Shown here: in pieces, positions 38,437 to 47,675 of the stretch
Position numbering within the stretch: the stretch's first letter is position 1
Layout of the letters: each line of letters begins with the position of its first letter
IMG/VR virus record: IMGVR_UViG_3300025735_000003
Location: 21,607 to 85,606 of that record
Reading direction: 5' to 3' (one strand)
Origin: a virus
Lineage: Duplodnaviria > Caudoviricetes
DNA: 64,000 nucleotides
Translations under genes and position numbers: made by a program
Notes under the pieces: generated by a model
What the model saw: only the letters and a program-made list of their open reading frames with translations
The model's database searches: none
Told to the model about the DNA's origin: nothing

Positions 38437-40335
38437 CTATTCTTTTTCGGGGAAGTTAACAGTTGCTTTTTCTAGTTGAGCCCTGAACCAATTACCCAAG
38501 TCTTCTGCTTGAGCTTCAACGTCCATATTAGCCAAAGTAACAGGGTCCACATTAATACTGATATCAAACTGCTGTGTAACTATTGGTTGAGATGCTTCTT
38601 TAGCTTGGTCCATAGCCATAGCTTTCTGATTTTCATCATACATCTCTGGTTTTTGGTAGAAGATTGAGTCAGGTTTGTCATAAACTTCTTGACCACGAAC
38701 TCGTGCATTGTTCAAATTGATTTTAGTATTCTGCCAAGCGGCGCTAAGAACCCCAGCAGGACTTGTATAAGACCCTAATCCAAATGGGTCAATCTTGTCA
38801 ATCTGGTTGAACGTGGTGGGCGTACCTAAAGGGTCTAAACCCCCGCCAACTTCAGCAGGTTTATTTTGAGCTTCTTTCCACCTTTGAAACTCAGCAATAG
38901 CTCCGAGAATAGTTGCAATTTCTTTGGATGTGGATTGTAAGTTCGGGAGGAAGTCAAACTTAATGGTGGAGATGTCAGTAAAGATTTGTTTGATATCTTT
39001 CCAATCTTGTTGTAGTTGTTTTGTTTTATCAACACCCAGCCATTCAGCAACTAAACTATCTTTACCTTCAAGCGCTCGAATGAAAGACTGTGGGAAAAGA
39101 AGAAGATCGTCAGCCCATTTAGTGGCTTCATTAAAGCCTTCAGCAAGACCCTTAACCAGACTACCACTTTCACTTAAGCCTGCGTTTAGTGTACGAAAGA
39201 TGCGGGCAAAACCCTCTTCTACACCGGCGTTAGATGCCACAATAGCCATATCACTTACGGTATTCTGGTAACGTGCTTGTTCAGCTTGTGATGCCTGTGA
39301 GGCTTTAGCAAGTCCGGGCTGGGATTTCTGACTGGCAATGTCAGCAGCTACGTTAAGAATATCACCACGAACTTGACCTTTCTTCATTGCAGCTTCAAGA
39401 GCAATGATTGCCTTACTTCCTGTGAGATTACCACCCGTCTTTTGCTGCCAAGCTTGCGCAAAGATATCTTTAGCTCCCGGAAGGCTGTTACCAAGTTGTT
39501 TGGTAAGTTCTTCAGCTTGGAGCTTATCTTTACCCGCAATCTGACTCAAGGCGTTAAATACAAGTTTTTGTCTTGCTGGGCTTAGTTTGTTAACTCGTCC
39601 ATACTCAGCAAAACCTTTGAAAATATTCTGGGCTTGCTTTACTGTACCACCAGAGCCAAGAAGGTTAGAAGTTAGTACGTTGAAGTCACCAGAGGACTCA
39701 AGATAATTAAAACCCACTCGGTTTGCGGTGCTGCGCAGCCAATCAAAAGATTGTTCACCTTGCTGTGCCGTACCACCATTACCCATGATAACAGCTTGTG
39801 TCTGTAGTTGAGCGGCTACAACTTCTTGGTTTCTTTTGTTTAAGGCATTGAGCCCATACCCACCCAAACCCAGTGCAATGGCCGGTCCCAGTAAACTAGG
39901 CATTCCACGACCACGAGTAGCACCAGCAGCAACGCCAGTAATAGCCGCTTCTCTATTACGACCTCTTGGAGCAGGAGCCACGACCCCCGGTACATGTGGG
40001 CCAGTTGGTACTTGAGGAGTAATCCGCATAGGGTGAGCCATGCCAGCTCTAGCCATTGCAAGACCAACAGTTTGATTCAAAGCAGCTTGATTGACAACAA
40101 ATCTGTTAATATCGAAGACAACACGATTGCTAGCTACGTCCAAGGCAGTACCAAGAACTCTTTCAAGCTTGCGTTGATCAACTGTGAAGTTGCCAATACC
40201 AAAGTTCAGAGAGTTACCAAAACCACTAAATTTCTTAAGTCTCTTTTCCAGTGTCTCTAAGGCTTTATCAACCTTTTTAAGACCTTTAGTGTCGATATTA
40301 AAACCGATTGACGCGAAGTAGGTTGCAATATTAAT
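38437..40335 (-). CDS. tape measure protein; the frame is open to 40335, where the RBS-positioned codon is ATT
   Basis: Tape-measure core (LSQIAGKDKLQAEELTKQL); GGAG-N9-ATT-AAT-ATT-GCA-ACC-TAC-TTC, upstream in-frame TAA. Confidence 0.85.
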   Translation of the reverse strand: MNIATYFASIGFNIDTKGLKKVDKALETLEKRLKKFSGFGNSLNFGIGNFTVDQRKLERVLGTALDVASNRVVFDINRFVVNQAALNQTVGLAMARAGMAHPMRITPQVPTGPHVPGVVAPAPRGRNREAAITGVAAGATRGRGMPSLLGPAIALGLGGYGLNALNKRNQEVVAAQLQTQAVIMGNGGTAQQGEQSFDWLRSTANRVGFNYLESSGDFNVLTSNLLGSGGTVKQAQNIFKGFAEYGRVNKLSPARQKLVFNALSQIAGKDKLQAEELTKQLGNSLPGAKDIFAQAWQQKTGGNLTGSKAIIALEAAMKKGQVRGDILNVAADIASQKSQPGLAKASQASQAEQARYQNTVSDMAIVASNAGVEEGFARIFRTLNAGLSESGSLVKGLAEGFNEATKWADDLLLFPQSFIRALEGKDSLVAEWLGVDKTKQLQQDWKDIKQIFTDISTIKFDFLPNLQSTSKEIATILGAIAEFQRWKEAQNKPAEVGGGLDPLGTPTTFNQIDKIDPFGLGSYTSPAGVLSAAWQNTKINLNNARVRGQEVYDKPDSIFYQKPEMYDENQKAMAMDQAKEASQPIVTQQFDISINVDPVTLANMDVEAQAEDLGNWFRAQLEKATVNFPEKE

Positions 40336-40349
40336 GGTATGTTACTCCG

Positions 40350-40627
40350 TCATTTCGGTTTATTTTTATCAGCTTTAGCTTTATCTGCTGCTTGCTTTGC
40401 AAATGAGTCGTGGATGTCAAGAAGTTCTATCATTTGCAGCATCTGCCTTGTAGAATACTTCCAATCCATCTCAGCGGCTAGCTCAAGACCACCTTTCTCA
40501 TGCATAGCAATTCGATAGATGCTCCAATGCTGAGAGAATGTACGATCAATTTCTTTTTCTAGCTGTGTTGGTACTTTGCCCGATACAGACGGATCAATTA
40601 CTCTTCTGTATCGGGTGCCTGAAAAAG
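40350..40627 (-). CDS. tail assembly chaperone GT extension via -1 frameshift
   Basis: The -1 frame is open from CTTTTTC (40621-40627) to TGA at 40350; an 11-bp hairpin follows the slip site. Confidence 0.7.
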
Positions 40628-40918
40628 TTCTTCGAAGTTAAAGTTCAGCACCTCTTTATAAAGCTTGTTGAGGCGAGCATATTTACGAGAGAAGAAAATA
40701 TCAAAAGTCTTTTCAGTGATTTGCATATTATCTTTAGAGACATAGTTGCAGATGATTTGTTTCATCTGACTCAAATCAGCCTTACCTTCATCAATCGCTG
40801 CCTGATGCTTTTCAATAAACATCAAACCTTTGGTTGCAGGCATAGCACTTACTAGATAGTCTTCACCATCTACGGTAATAGTTGTTTGTTCTAATACTTG
40901 AAACTGTGGAGCTGCCAT
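40598..40918 (-). CDS. tail assembly chaperone (G)
   Basis: Position between tube genes and TMP. Confidence 0.8.
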   Translation of the reverse strand: MAAPQFQVLEQTTITVDGEDYLVSAMPATKGLMFIEKHQAAIDEGKADLSQMKQIICNYVSKDNMQITEKTFDIFFSRKYARLNKLYKEVLNFNFEELFQAPDTEE

Positions 40919-40934
40919 TTATTTTATCTCAGAA

Positions 40935-41429
40935 TTAAAATAGATCACTTACGAAATCAGTAGCCTCGTCTAAAAGAGTATCAAATATACTAGAAGGACG
41001 AGCATTGCCACCGATGCTATATGTTGCAGTAGATAGGGCATATATCTCCCAATTACGGTACTCAAACTGACCAGAAAAGGATGAGGTAGGAAACCCTGAA
41101 ACGAAAGCTTCATTAGATGAAAATACACTTCTTCCTGAGTTATCCTTAAGCATCAGTGTCAGTCTACCTGTTCCGAACAACAAGTCTTGTTCGTGAATAC
41201 TAGATAGTACATCGTTCCCTTGAGAGGACTGTATAAGGGATATATATAAAGTAGCAGATGAGTCTTTATTACGAACTCGGGTATTCTTACCTCTAATACC
41301 ACGAATAGGAACAAAACCTTTTGCATTTCTGCTGATTGTTATGTTCTCCCAACCAGTGAACTGATAGCCGCTGATAGTCAGTACCACATCTTTAGGCGAA
41401 TAGGTATTTACAGTGAAACTATTCGTCAT
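40935..41429 (-). CDS. tail tube-like protein (DUF3277 family)
   Basis: TYSPKDV motif. Confidence 0.75.
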   Translation of the reverse strand: MTNSFTVNTYSPKDVVLTISGYQFTGWENITISRNAKGFVPIRGIRGKNTRVRNKDSSATLYISLIQSSQGNDVLSSIHEQDLLFGTGRLTLMLKDNSGRSVFSSNEAFVSGFPTSSFSGQFEYRNWEIYALSTATYSIGGNARPSSIFDTLLDEATDFVSDLF

Positions 41430-41926
41430 CGGAGTATGTCCTCAATCACTGGGATGCCAATAGATGCAATATTCAACAAGTCTTGCAAAATCCCACTAGC
41501 GTCTTGGTTACTACCAATGTTAATGGCAGCTTGAGAAGAACGAAGTACCCAAGTGCGTGTATCAAAGTTTGCACTTTGTACCATACTGGGGATACCTTCT
41601 ATCCAAGTATTAGTTGAAAAGAAGATGTCGGTTCCAGATAAGTCTTTAATAAATAAAGGAAACTTGGCTCGTTGTGTTAGTTCATCCAACTGCCAAAGTT
41701 TTGTTAACACATCATTAGAGGTTGAACCTCTGTGGAGTGTTAGTGAGATGGTGTAGGTTTGACTATTACTGTACAATCTAGCAACACTACCATCTGCTGT
41801 TTCAGTGGTACGGTACGGCATTCTATCTTTTGTGACAGTAATGAATGTACCATCCGCAAAACCATTTAAAGGGATACCAAAAGCTAGACAATTCACATCG
41901 TCAGGGCAATAATTACCAATGTCCAT
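41426..41926 (-). CDS. tail tube-like protein (DUF3277 family)
   Basis: NYCPDDV; GFADGTFITV. Confidence 0.75.
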   Translation of the reverse strand: MDIGNYCPDDVNCLAFGIPLNGFADGTFITVTKDRMPYRTTETADGSVARLYSNSQTYTISLTLHRGSTSNDVLTKLWQLDELTQRAKFPLFIKDLSGTDIFFSTNTWIEGIPSMVQSANFDTRTWVLRSSQAAINIGSNQDASGILQDLLNIASIGIPVIEDILR

Positions 41927-41936
41927 AAAATCTCCT

Positions 41937-41976
41937 TAAATAAAGGGGTGTTTGAGTAAACTCAGTTTATCACCCC
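41937..41976 (-). terminator. terminator after the tail tube gene
   Basis: GGGGTG...CACCCC stem then TTTATTT. Confidence 0.7.
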
Positions 41977-41985
41977 TAATAACAA

Positions 41986-42519
41986 TTAAGGATTTAGTCT
42001 CCACCGACTTTCAACGGTCCCACCCGCTGCTTCTACAGCAGCAACTTCGGCCGGAGCCAATGGCATGTTACCGCCTACAAACAAATCACTACCAAACAGA
42101 TAGATCTGCCAGCCGCGAGTAGAGGTTTCAGAACCAAACTCCACAGTTGGAGGTGCAGCAATGATTGCACTGTTAGAAGACACAACAGTTTGACCACTCA
42201 AATCCTTGATGGTTACGGAAAACACCCAAGTGTTATCTGTGGTATTAGCATCGGCAATTTGAAGTTGTTGCAGAACGGTGTTAGATGGAGAGTATTGATG
42301 TAGAGTAACATCAACAGTCATACCAGTAACGCTACGCTTGACACGACCAAAGGAGTTAGATTTACCAACTCCTTGATATGGCGTCGAGCTCGGAACCAAT
42401 CGATTCATGGATACGAAGGTGCTATCTGCAAAACCAGAAACGCTGTGGGTAAAGTCATCCTTAGAAATTACAATTGTAAAATCATCAGGAGCATAATTAC
42501 CAATAAAATTAGAACTCAT
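41986..42519 (-). CDS. major tail tube protein
   Basis: NYAPDD; GFADSTFV; follows the sheath gene. Confidence 0.82.
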   Translation of the reverse strand: MSSNFIGNYAPDDFTIVISKDDFTHSVSGFADSTFVSMNRLVPSSTPYQGVGKSNSFGRVKRSVTGMTVDVTLHQYSPSNTVLQQLQIADANTTDNTWVFSVTIKDLSGQTVVSSNSAIIAAPPTVEFGSETSTRGWQIYLFGSDLFVGGNMPLAPAEVAAVEAAGGTVESRWRLNP

Positions 42520-42535
42520 TGATTAATCTCCGAGA

Positions 42536-43819
42536 TTATACAGAAAGGTAGAATTGGATAGCAACGGATCGGATAGCACCTTGCAAGCGAGCACGGATCA
42601 CAAATACACCCGCAGCACGTTGGGCACGAAGAGTTGCGGGTATCGACAATACGGGTGGCGTCTGCACGGTCCATCCCCTGTCAATCATGCCGTTACTTTC
42701 AGCCAAAGAAAGGACAGATCGGATTTCATTTTCAACAATCAAAAGGCCCGGATCAGTCATCGGAATTTTCAAACTGTTGATAATACGGAAGTAAATACCT
42801 TCCTGAAGTCGTGCTTTCAACCAGTCTTTCGAAATTTGAATATCAATCGGTTTTGCATCAAACATGTTACCGTCTTGGAAGACATCAACACCGCCTTTAC
42901 GGCGGAAGAAGTTCCACGATTTAGCACGCAAGTTAACAATCTGGGTCGAGCTAAGGATACTACGAGTAACGCCTACAGCACGCTTAAAGTCCCAATCATT
43001 AGAGCCCGGAGTAACAGCAAGCTGACTGCCGGACCAAGCTACTTCAGGGAATTCAGTTGCAGCAGTTGCAGACCATACACCAAATGTACGACCAGCGGAT
43101 TTAGCATTAAGTTTGTAGCCAATATCCGTAACACCAGAGGTAGGTGCTACAACATCAGCAGAGGAAAGACCATAGATCTTATCCATTGCTTGAATGGTAT
43201 CAGATAGAGCTTCTTGCTCAGCAACCACTTGGGTTTCAGCAGTCAGTTCATACCAGATATCATTATCAGCATCAACAGCAAGAAGAGCAGCAGGCCAAGT
43301 TTCAGTGGATGTGTTTACACCAACAAGGTTGGTTGAAGTAAGGACACTCCAAGCTGTACCCAGCACAGTGGTGGTAAGAATCAGTGTGGTTGTGCCAGTA
43401 ACAGTGATGCCAGCAGGAGAACCAATAGCTGCTTTCAAACCAGTTACGATAGTGGTTGCAGTAGCACCTACACCAGAGGTAAAGGTGTAAAGTACGTCGT
43501 TAAGAGTTACAGTGTAAGCTGTGTTGTCTGCCACAGTTGGAGTGAAAGTTACACTATCAACTTGGCGGCGACCCACAACGATAGACGGTGGTGGGGCACC
43601 AATAACAGAGTCTTGGCCAAAGGCTTTACTAGCCATTTTATAAACATTACTAGTAGTAGCGAAATCACCACCAACCTCAGTAATATTCAGATAGGTACGG
43701 GCACGTTCAGCAAAATTAGTAAACGTAGCAAGGATAAGGGGAATTGCGAATGATGCGGTTGCGATAGCTGTAGTCTGGTCGGTAATAACAACGGAAACTA
43801 CGTCGTCCAAGTCACTCAT
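42536..43819 (-). CDS. tail sheath protein (DUF3383)
   Basis: VIGR-type motif; PGSNDWDFK; IDIQISKDWL; KIPMTDPG. Confidence 0.88.
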   Translation of the reverse strand: MSDLDDVVSVVITDQTTAIATASFAIPLILATFTNFAERARTYLNITEVGGDFATTSNVYKMASKAFGQDSVIGAPPPSIVVGRRQVDSVTFTPTVADNTAYTVTLNDVLYTFTSGVGATATTIVTGLKAAIGSPAGITVTGTTTLILTTTVLGTAWSVLTSTNLVGVNTSTETWPAALLAVDADNDIWYELTAETQVVAEQEALSDTIQAMDKIYGLSSADVVAPTSGVTDIGYKLNAKSAGRTFGVWSATAATEFPEVAWSGSQLAVTPGSNDWDFKRAVGVTRSILSSTQIVNLRAKSWNFFRRKGGVDVFQDGNMFDAKPIDIQISKDWLKARLQEGIYFRIINSLKIPMTDPGLLIVENEIRSVLSLAESNGMIDRGWTVQTPPVLSIPATLRAQRAAGVFVIRARLQGAIRSVAIQFYLSV

Positions 43820-43850
43820 ACTTATGTGATCCTTTGTTGTGTAGCCATTG

Positions 43851-44390
43851 CTACGGATAAATGATACTTTCTGGAATTTTTATAATTACTGGAATCTCTG
43901 AAGCCTCATCAGCAATGACTACGCCTTCAACAACGTCAACAAGTTGGTCAGTAATAACGATGTAGTTAAATGTTACATCAAGATTATGATACTCAACCCA
44001 TTTAGTATCTCTTTTCTGAGGGGCCCTACGAATCTGGCTTTTCCTCATCAACCCTAGTTTATTTCTTTGTAACTCTAAACGAGTAAGGGGGTTGTTATTA
44101 ATGTTCTGTGTGAAGCTTTGTGACATACCACCACTCAGACTACCAACAAAACTAAACTGAACCATCAACTCATAAGCCACTTGAAACGTCAATGTTTCAT
44201 TAGTGTTGGCTAGGGTAGAAGTACTATGGTGGCCTTGTTGTTCAATATTAAGAATATTTACAACAACATAACTCTCAGCAGGTTCTGATCCCCCGTTATG
44301 GGAGAAAATAACTTGAGGGTTTGTAAACTCTGAGAGTGCTGCCAGAGCAACTTTACGGACACTTGCACGGACATCGCTATAAACTGACAT
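43851..44390 (-). CDS. tail terminator / neck protein
   Basis: Position upstream of the sheath gene. Confidence 0.7.
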   Translation of the reverse strand: MSVYSDVRASVRKVALAALSEFTNPQVIFSHNGGSEPAESYVVVNILNIEQQGHHSTSTLANTNETLTFQVAYELMVQFSFVGSLSGGMSQSFTQNINNNPLTRLELQRNKLGLMRKSQIRRAPQKRDTKWVEYHNLDVTFNYIVITDQLVDVVEGVVIADEASEIPVIIKIPESIIYP

Positions 44391-44872
44391 CAGTTACTCC
44401 CTTTCTTATCTACTTTAAAATCAATAGACTCATAAAGAAGTCCGCTATCAATCAGTGGGTTATCAAAACCTTTAAGGTCAACCGTATATGGGCTGTTTCG
44501 TGGGGAATCCCACATCTCAACAGCTTCTTTCAAGTCGCCCTTAGCCATGGCACCAATCCTTGTGTACTCTTGTTTGAAGGTGCTTTTTCCCTCAGCAATA
44601 CGTTGAATGCTTTCAACAAAGTAAGAGTCATAAAGTCCTTTTTTAATAGGGGCCATAAAACCAACTCTGATAGCTGGTCGTGTTGGAATATTCTGAGCTG
44701 GAACGCCTTCCTCTTGCCATTGCCAAACTTGAGCAACAGAGAGGTTGTCGTTATCACTTCCGTAGTAAGTAGGCTCAATAATACCAACTTGAACTTCTAA
44801 TTGACTACCCTTGAGAAGTTCCTTCTTCATCTTCTCCCAACCAGACTTATCAACCTTCAACTTAAAAGACAT
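44390..44872 (-). CDS. neck / tail completion protein
   Basis: QEEG..IPTRP; PLIDSGLLYESI. Confidence 0.78.
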   Translation of the reverse strand: MSFKLKVDKSGWEKMKKELLKGSQLEVQVGIIEPTYYGSDNDNLSVAQVWQWQEEGVPAQNIPTRPAIRVGFMAPIKKGLYDSYFVESIQRIAEGKSTFKQEYTRIGAMAKGDLKEAVEMWDSPRNSPYTVDLKGFDNPLIDSGLLYESIDFKVDKKGSN

Positions 44873-44885
44873 TGTTCACATCCTT

Positions 44886-45254
44886 TTAGTTTGGGGTGAG
44901 TTCTATGCGGGCTGCTTTACCTTCCCAGTGATCCCTCGGACCCATCTGATATCGCCGAGTCTTCATCATTTCATAGACTTCGCCATTCCATGTAAATCTA
45001 TCAGCTCCATATCCGGCCGACCCTTCCTTTTTGTGGCGAATTTCTTCCGAAGTAAAGAACCACAACCACTCCTTGGTTCTATCAGATTCAGGCATGATGC
45101 TCACTTGATAGTCTGTGAAAGGGTGGACGTTTGCTTGGACTGTCACAGATGTTTCAGAACCTTCAACCCAATCACCGTCTACAAACGATCCTGCTGACTG
45201 TCTGGTGATGACTACAGGAGTTTTTCTAACTAGAGTGAATTCTGCAATTGACAT
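44886..45254 (-). CDS. head closure protein
   Basis: Position; GSFVDGDWVEG. Confidence 0.72.
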   Translation of the reverse strand: MSIAEFTLVRKTPVVITRQSAGSFVDGDWVEGSETSVTVQANVHPFTDYQVSIMPESDRTKEWLWFFTSEEIRHKKEGSAGYGADRFTWNGEVYEMMKTRRYQMGPRDHWEGKAARIELTPN

Positions 45255-45265
45255 TTAATTCCTCC

Positions 45266-45763
45266 TTACTCAAAAGCATCCAATTCCCATCCGATAAACT
45301 GGATGGCTGAATCAATGCCAAAGAATGTAGAAGCATCTCGTGTTGAGTTACCATGATTATAAGGCTTCTCACCCTTATCAAATCCTTGATAAATAGGTTG
45401 GATATTATTATCTTGATTGCTGTCATTATTGAACATGTCAGCTTTACTAATACCACCAGCATAAGGGATGATACGTGTAGACAATAGGCTTGCTGGGGTC
45501 TTGATAATATTCTGTAGAGCAGCTAGGTAAGCAGTAGAATAGCTGTTCCACACTTCATAGTTTCCTGCCCTTTCTCGGGTAGGATAACTAGCAATTCGTA
45601 ATGAAATAATGATTGCAGCTTTAATTGCAGCTTGCCAAACATCACCACTAGTTGTTTCTAAAAGATATTCGTAGGTTTCATCATCTAGGATTGGATATAA
45701 CGGATTGCCCGGAACATCACCCACAATTATTTTAACCTTGTCTACATCTGTAAGGGCCATCAT
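45266..45763 (-). CDS. head-tail adaptor
   Basis: VKIIVGD..ILDDETYEYLL; PYAGGIS. Confidence 0.78.
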   Translation of the reverse strand: MMALTDVDKVKIIVGDVPGNPLYPILDDETYEYLLETTSGDVWQAAIKAAIIISLRIASYPTRERAGNYEVWNSYSTAYLAALQNIIKTPASLLSTRIIPYAGGISKADMFNNDSNQDNNIQPIYQGFDKGEKPYNHGNSTRDASTFFGIDSAIQFIGWELDAFE

Positions 45764-45783
45764 GCCTCCTTTTATATTTAAGG

Positions 45784-45804
45784 AGGGCAGCGTTAGTCTG
45801 CCCT
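45784..45804 (-). terminator. terminator-like hairpin
   Basis: AGGGCAG/CTGCCCT stem. Confidence 0.55.
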
Positions 45805-45809
45805 TTATA

Positions 45810-46070
45810 TCAACTTGCAGGCATAATCCCGGCAGTGATCAGTTTTGTCAGCAAAGCATTGTAAGCAGTGGTCACGGCTGTGAGGTCTGCAAATGCTGGA
45901 GACTGTTGTGCAGTGAAAGTAATTTGCTTAACTTTACCCGCGACAGTAGTGGTAGCTGCTGGAGTAGTTGCTGCGGTATCGCCAGCATTTGCCTCAGTTA
46001 CTACACGGTCAATTACATTGAAGACATCGCCCCAAGAACGTTCTTGGATAGTTGTTTTTACAATAGCCAT
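45810..46070 (-). CDS. head fibre/decoration protein
   Basis: AATTTVAGKVKQ..YNALLTKLITAGIM. Confidence 0.75.
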   Translation of the reverse strand: MAIVKTTIQERSWGDVFNVIDRVVTEANAGDTAATTPAATTTVAGKVKQITFTAQQSPAFADLTAVTTAYNALLTKLITAGIMPAS

Positions 46071-46097
46071 TCTAAGCTCCTAATCTATTTAAACTGT

Positions 46098-46119
46098 AAG
46101 GGCACCAAACGATGCCCTT
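46098..46119 (-). terminator. terminator after the major capsid gene
   Basis: AAGGGCA/TGCCCTT stem. Confidence 0.65.
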
Positions 46120-46133
46120 TATTCCAAGACTTA

Positions 46134-47177
46134 TTAAGTCGAAGAAATCAGTTTAACCAGTACTTGTGGCTGAGTGACGAAGTACAGAGGAGAAGTCTCA
46201 ACTTGCATTTCGTGGAACTCGTCTTTAGGATCGGTGAACTCATAGGCGAACATTTCAACACCAACGCCATTAGCACCACCAAGCTTGTTACTTGGGCCGT
46301 AGTAACCACGGAACAGATCATTTACAACTGGCAGTACGTGGCCAGTGTCGGTAGCAACAGCTACTTCAGTGGTGTCGTTTGGCAGTTTAAAGATGTGATC
46401 GTAGGTGATGAAAGTTACACCTTTGTAGGTGAACTGATCTACCGAGCCCCAAGCCATGAACTGGTTAGTGCTGTTACGGTTGATTTCAACTTGAGAAGCG
46501 TAGTACAGATAAGCTTGACGAATCTGTGGGTGGCTAACCAGTTTATCGAAGAACGAGCCGTCAACAACAACACGAATACCGCCGCCAATGGTGGAACCAG
46601 TTTTCAGGTTGGTTTGCAGGTAGCGCTTCAGTTGCGAGATTTTAGCGTTAACGTCGGTAGTTGCATCACCGAGGTCAAAGTCAATCACTTGTTGGGTGAT
46701 ACCAAACTGGGTGAACATGTCTGCAATTACAGCACCATCAGGGGTCTTCATGATACCCTTGGCGGCTTGCAACTTCATGTACTCAAGCGATTGCTCAACT
46801 TGTGCACGCATGTCGGTCAGTTTCTGTACACGAACACGGGCCAGTTGCTCAGGAGCGTCTGGGGTGCCCGGCATACGCCAGCCTTGAATATCCTCAGGAG
46901 TGATGTAATCACTATGTTTGAAGTAAGCCAATGGCAGCGAGAAGGTTTCAACCTTACGGTCATTACCTTTGGTGGTGTCACGGGAACGACGGCTTACTTG
47001 TGGGAGCAAGGTGGTGTCGTTCATGCTCTTGTCAAAGACAATAGCGGTTTGCGAAGTACCTTGAGTACGGAACAGGTTCATGCCGCCGATCAGGCCAGCT
47101 TGGTTGTCAATGTTGTTTACTTCTTCGGTCCAGTCTACGAGCTGGAAACCATTACCAAAACTGCGGGTAGTAGCCAC
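46134..47177 (-). CDS. major capsid protein (lambda E-like HK97 fold)
   Basis: 347 aa, strong codon bias, ETSPLYFVTQPQVLV C-terminus. Confidence 0.9.
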   Translation of the reverse strand: MATTRSFGNGFQLVDWTEEVNNIDNQAGLIGGMNLFRTQGTSQTAIVFDKSMNDTTLLPQVSRRSRDTTKGNDRKVETFSLPLAYFKHSDYITPEDIQGWRMPGTPDAPEQLARVRVQKLTDMRAQVEQSLEYMKLQAAKGIMKTPDGAVIADMFTQFGITQQVIDFDLGDATTDVNAKISQLKRYLQTNLKTGSTIGGGIRVVVDGSFFDKLVSHPQIRQAYLYYASQVEINRNSTNQFMAWGSVDQFTYKGVTFITYDHIFKLPNDTTEVAVATDTGHVLPVVNDLFRGYYGPSNKLGGANGVGVEMFAYEFTDPKDEFHEMQVETSPLYFVTQPQVLVKLISST

Positions 47178-47204
47178 TATAGGTTATCCTTTTATCTATT
47201 TAAA

Positions 47205-47633
47205 TTAAGCGAATTGGTTAGGCTGGTCGAGAACCTGAATACCAACAGCTTCCATCTGTGCATACACAGCAGCAAGCTCCTGAGCAGTGTCAACGGATGC
47301 ACCAAAAACAAGATAGGATTTGCCTACACCAGCAGGGCCACGGAACAGAACGGTAACAGAGGTGTCGGTGGTTGCAGCGATGGTTTGCTTGTTATCACCA
47401 TCTGGTTTGCCAATATAAATACCAGCAAAGTTTTGGCTACCATCAACAGCAGTAGCTTCAAGGATTTTATATTTACCAGTTGCAGTTACCAGACCAAGAA
47501 CAGTACCAATCGTGTAGGATTTGATAGCTGCTTCGTTAGCAGTAACTACTTTACGGCAGTGGCCGTATTCAGGATGATCTTCATATTGCAGTACAGCGCC
47601 GAGGCGAGTAGAGCGAGTGTCAATTGCAGCCAT
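47205..47633 (-). CDS. head decoration protein (lambda D-like)
   Basis: IGTVLG..ATAVDGSQNFAGI; directly before the MCP. Confidence 0.8.
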   Translation of the reverse strand: MAAIDTRSTRLGAVLQYEDHPEYGHCRKVVTANEAAIKSYTIGTVLGLVTATGKYKILEATAVDGSQNFAGIYIGKPDGDNKQTIAATTDTSVTVLFRGPAGVGKSYLVFGASVDTAQELAAVYAQMEAVGIQVLDQPNQFA

Positions 47634-47675
47634 ATTATTTGAAACTCCTAGCTAGGATTTTATTGATAAACAATA

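Noticed and set aside
45705-47642. 645-aa plus-strand ORF antisense to the capsid, decoration and head-fibre genes
   Set aside because: All three sense genes lie in exactly the same codon register as this ORF. Highly expressed genes avoid TTA/CTA/TCA, which removes antisense stops. The product has no recognisable motifs.
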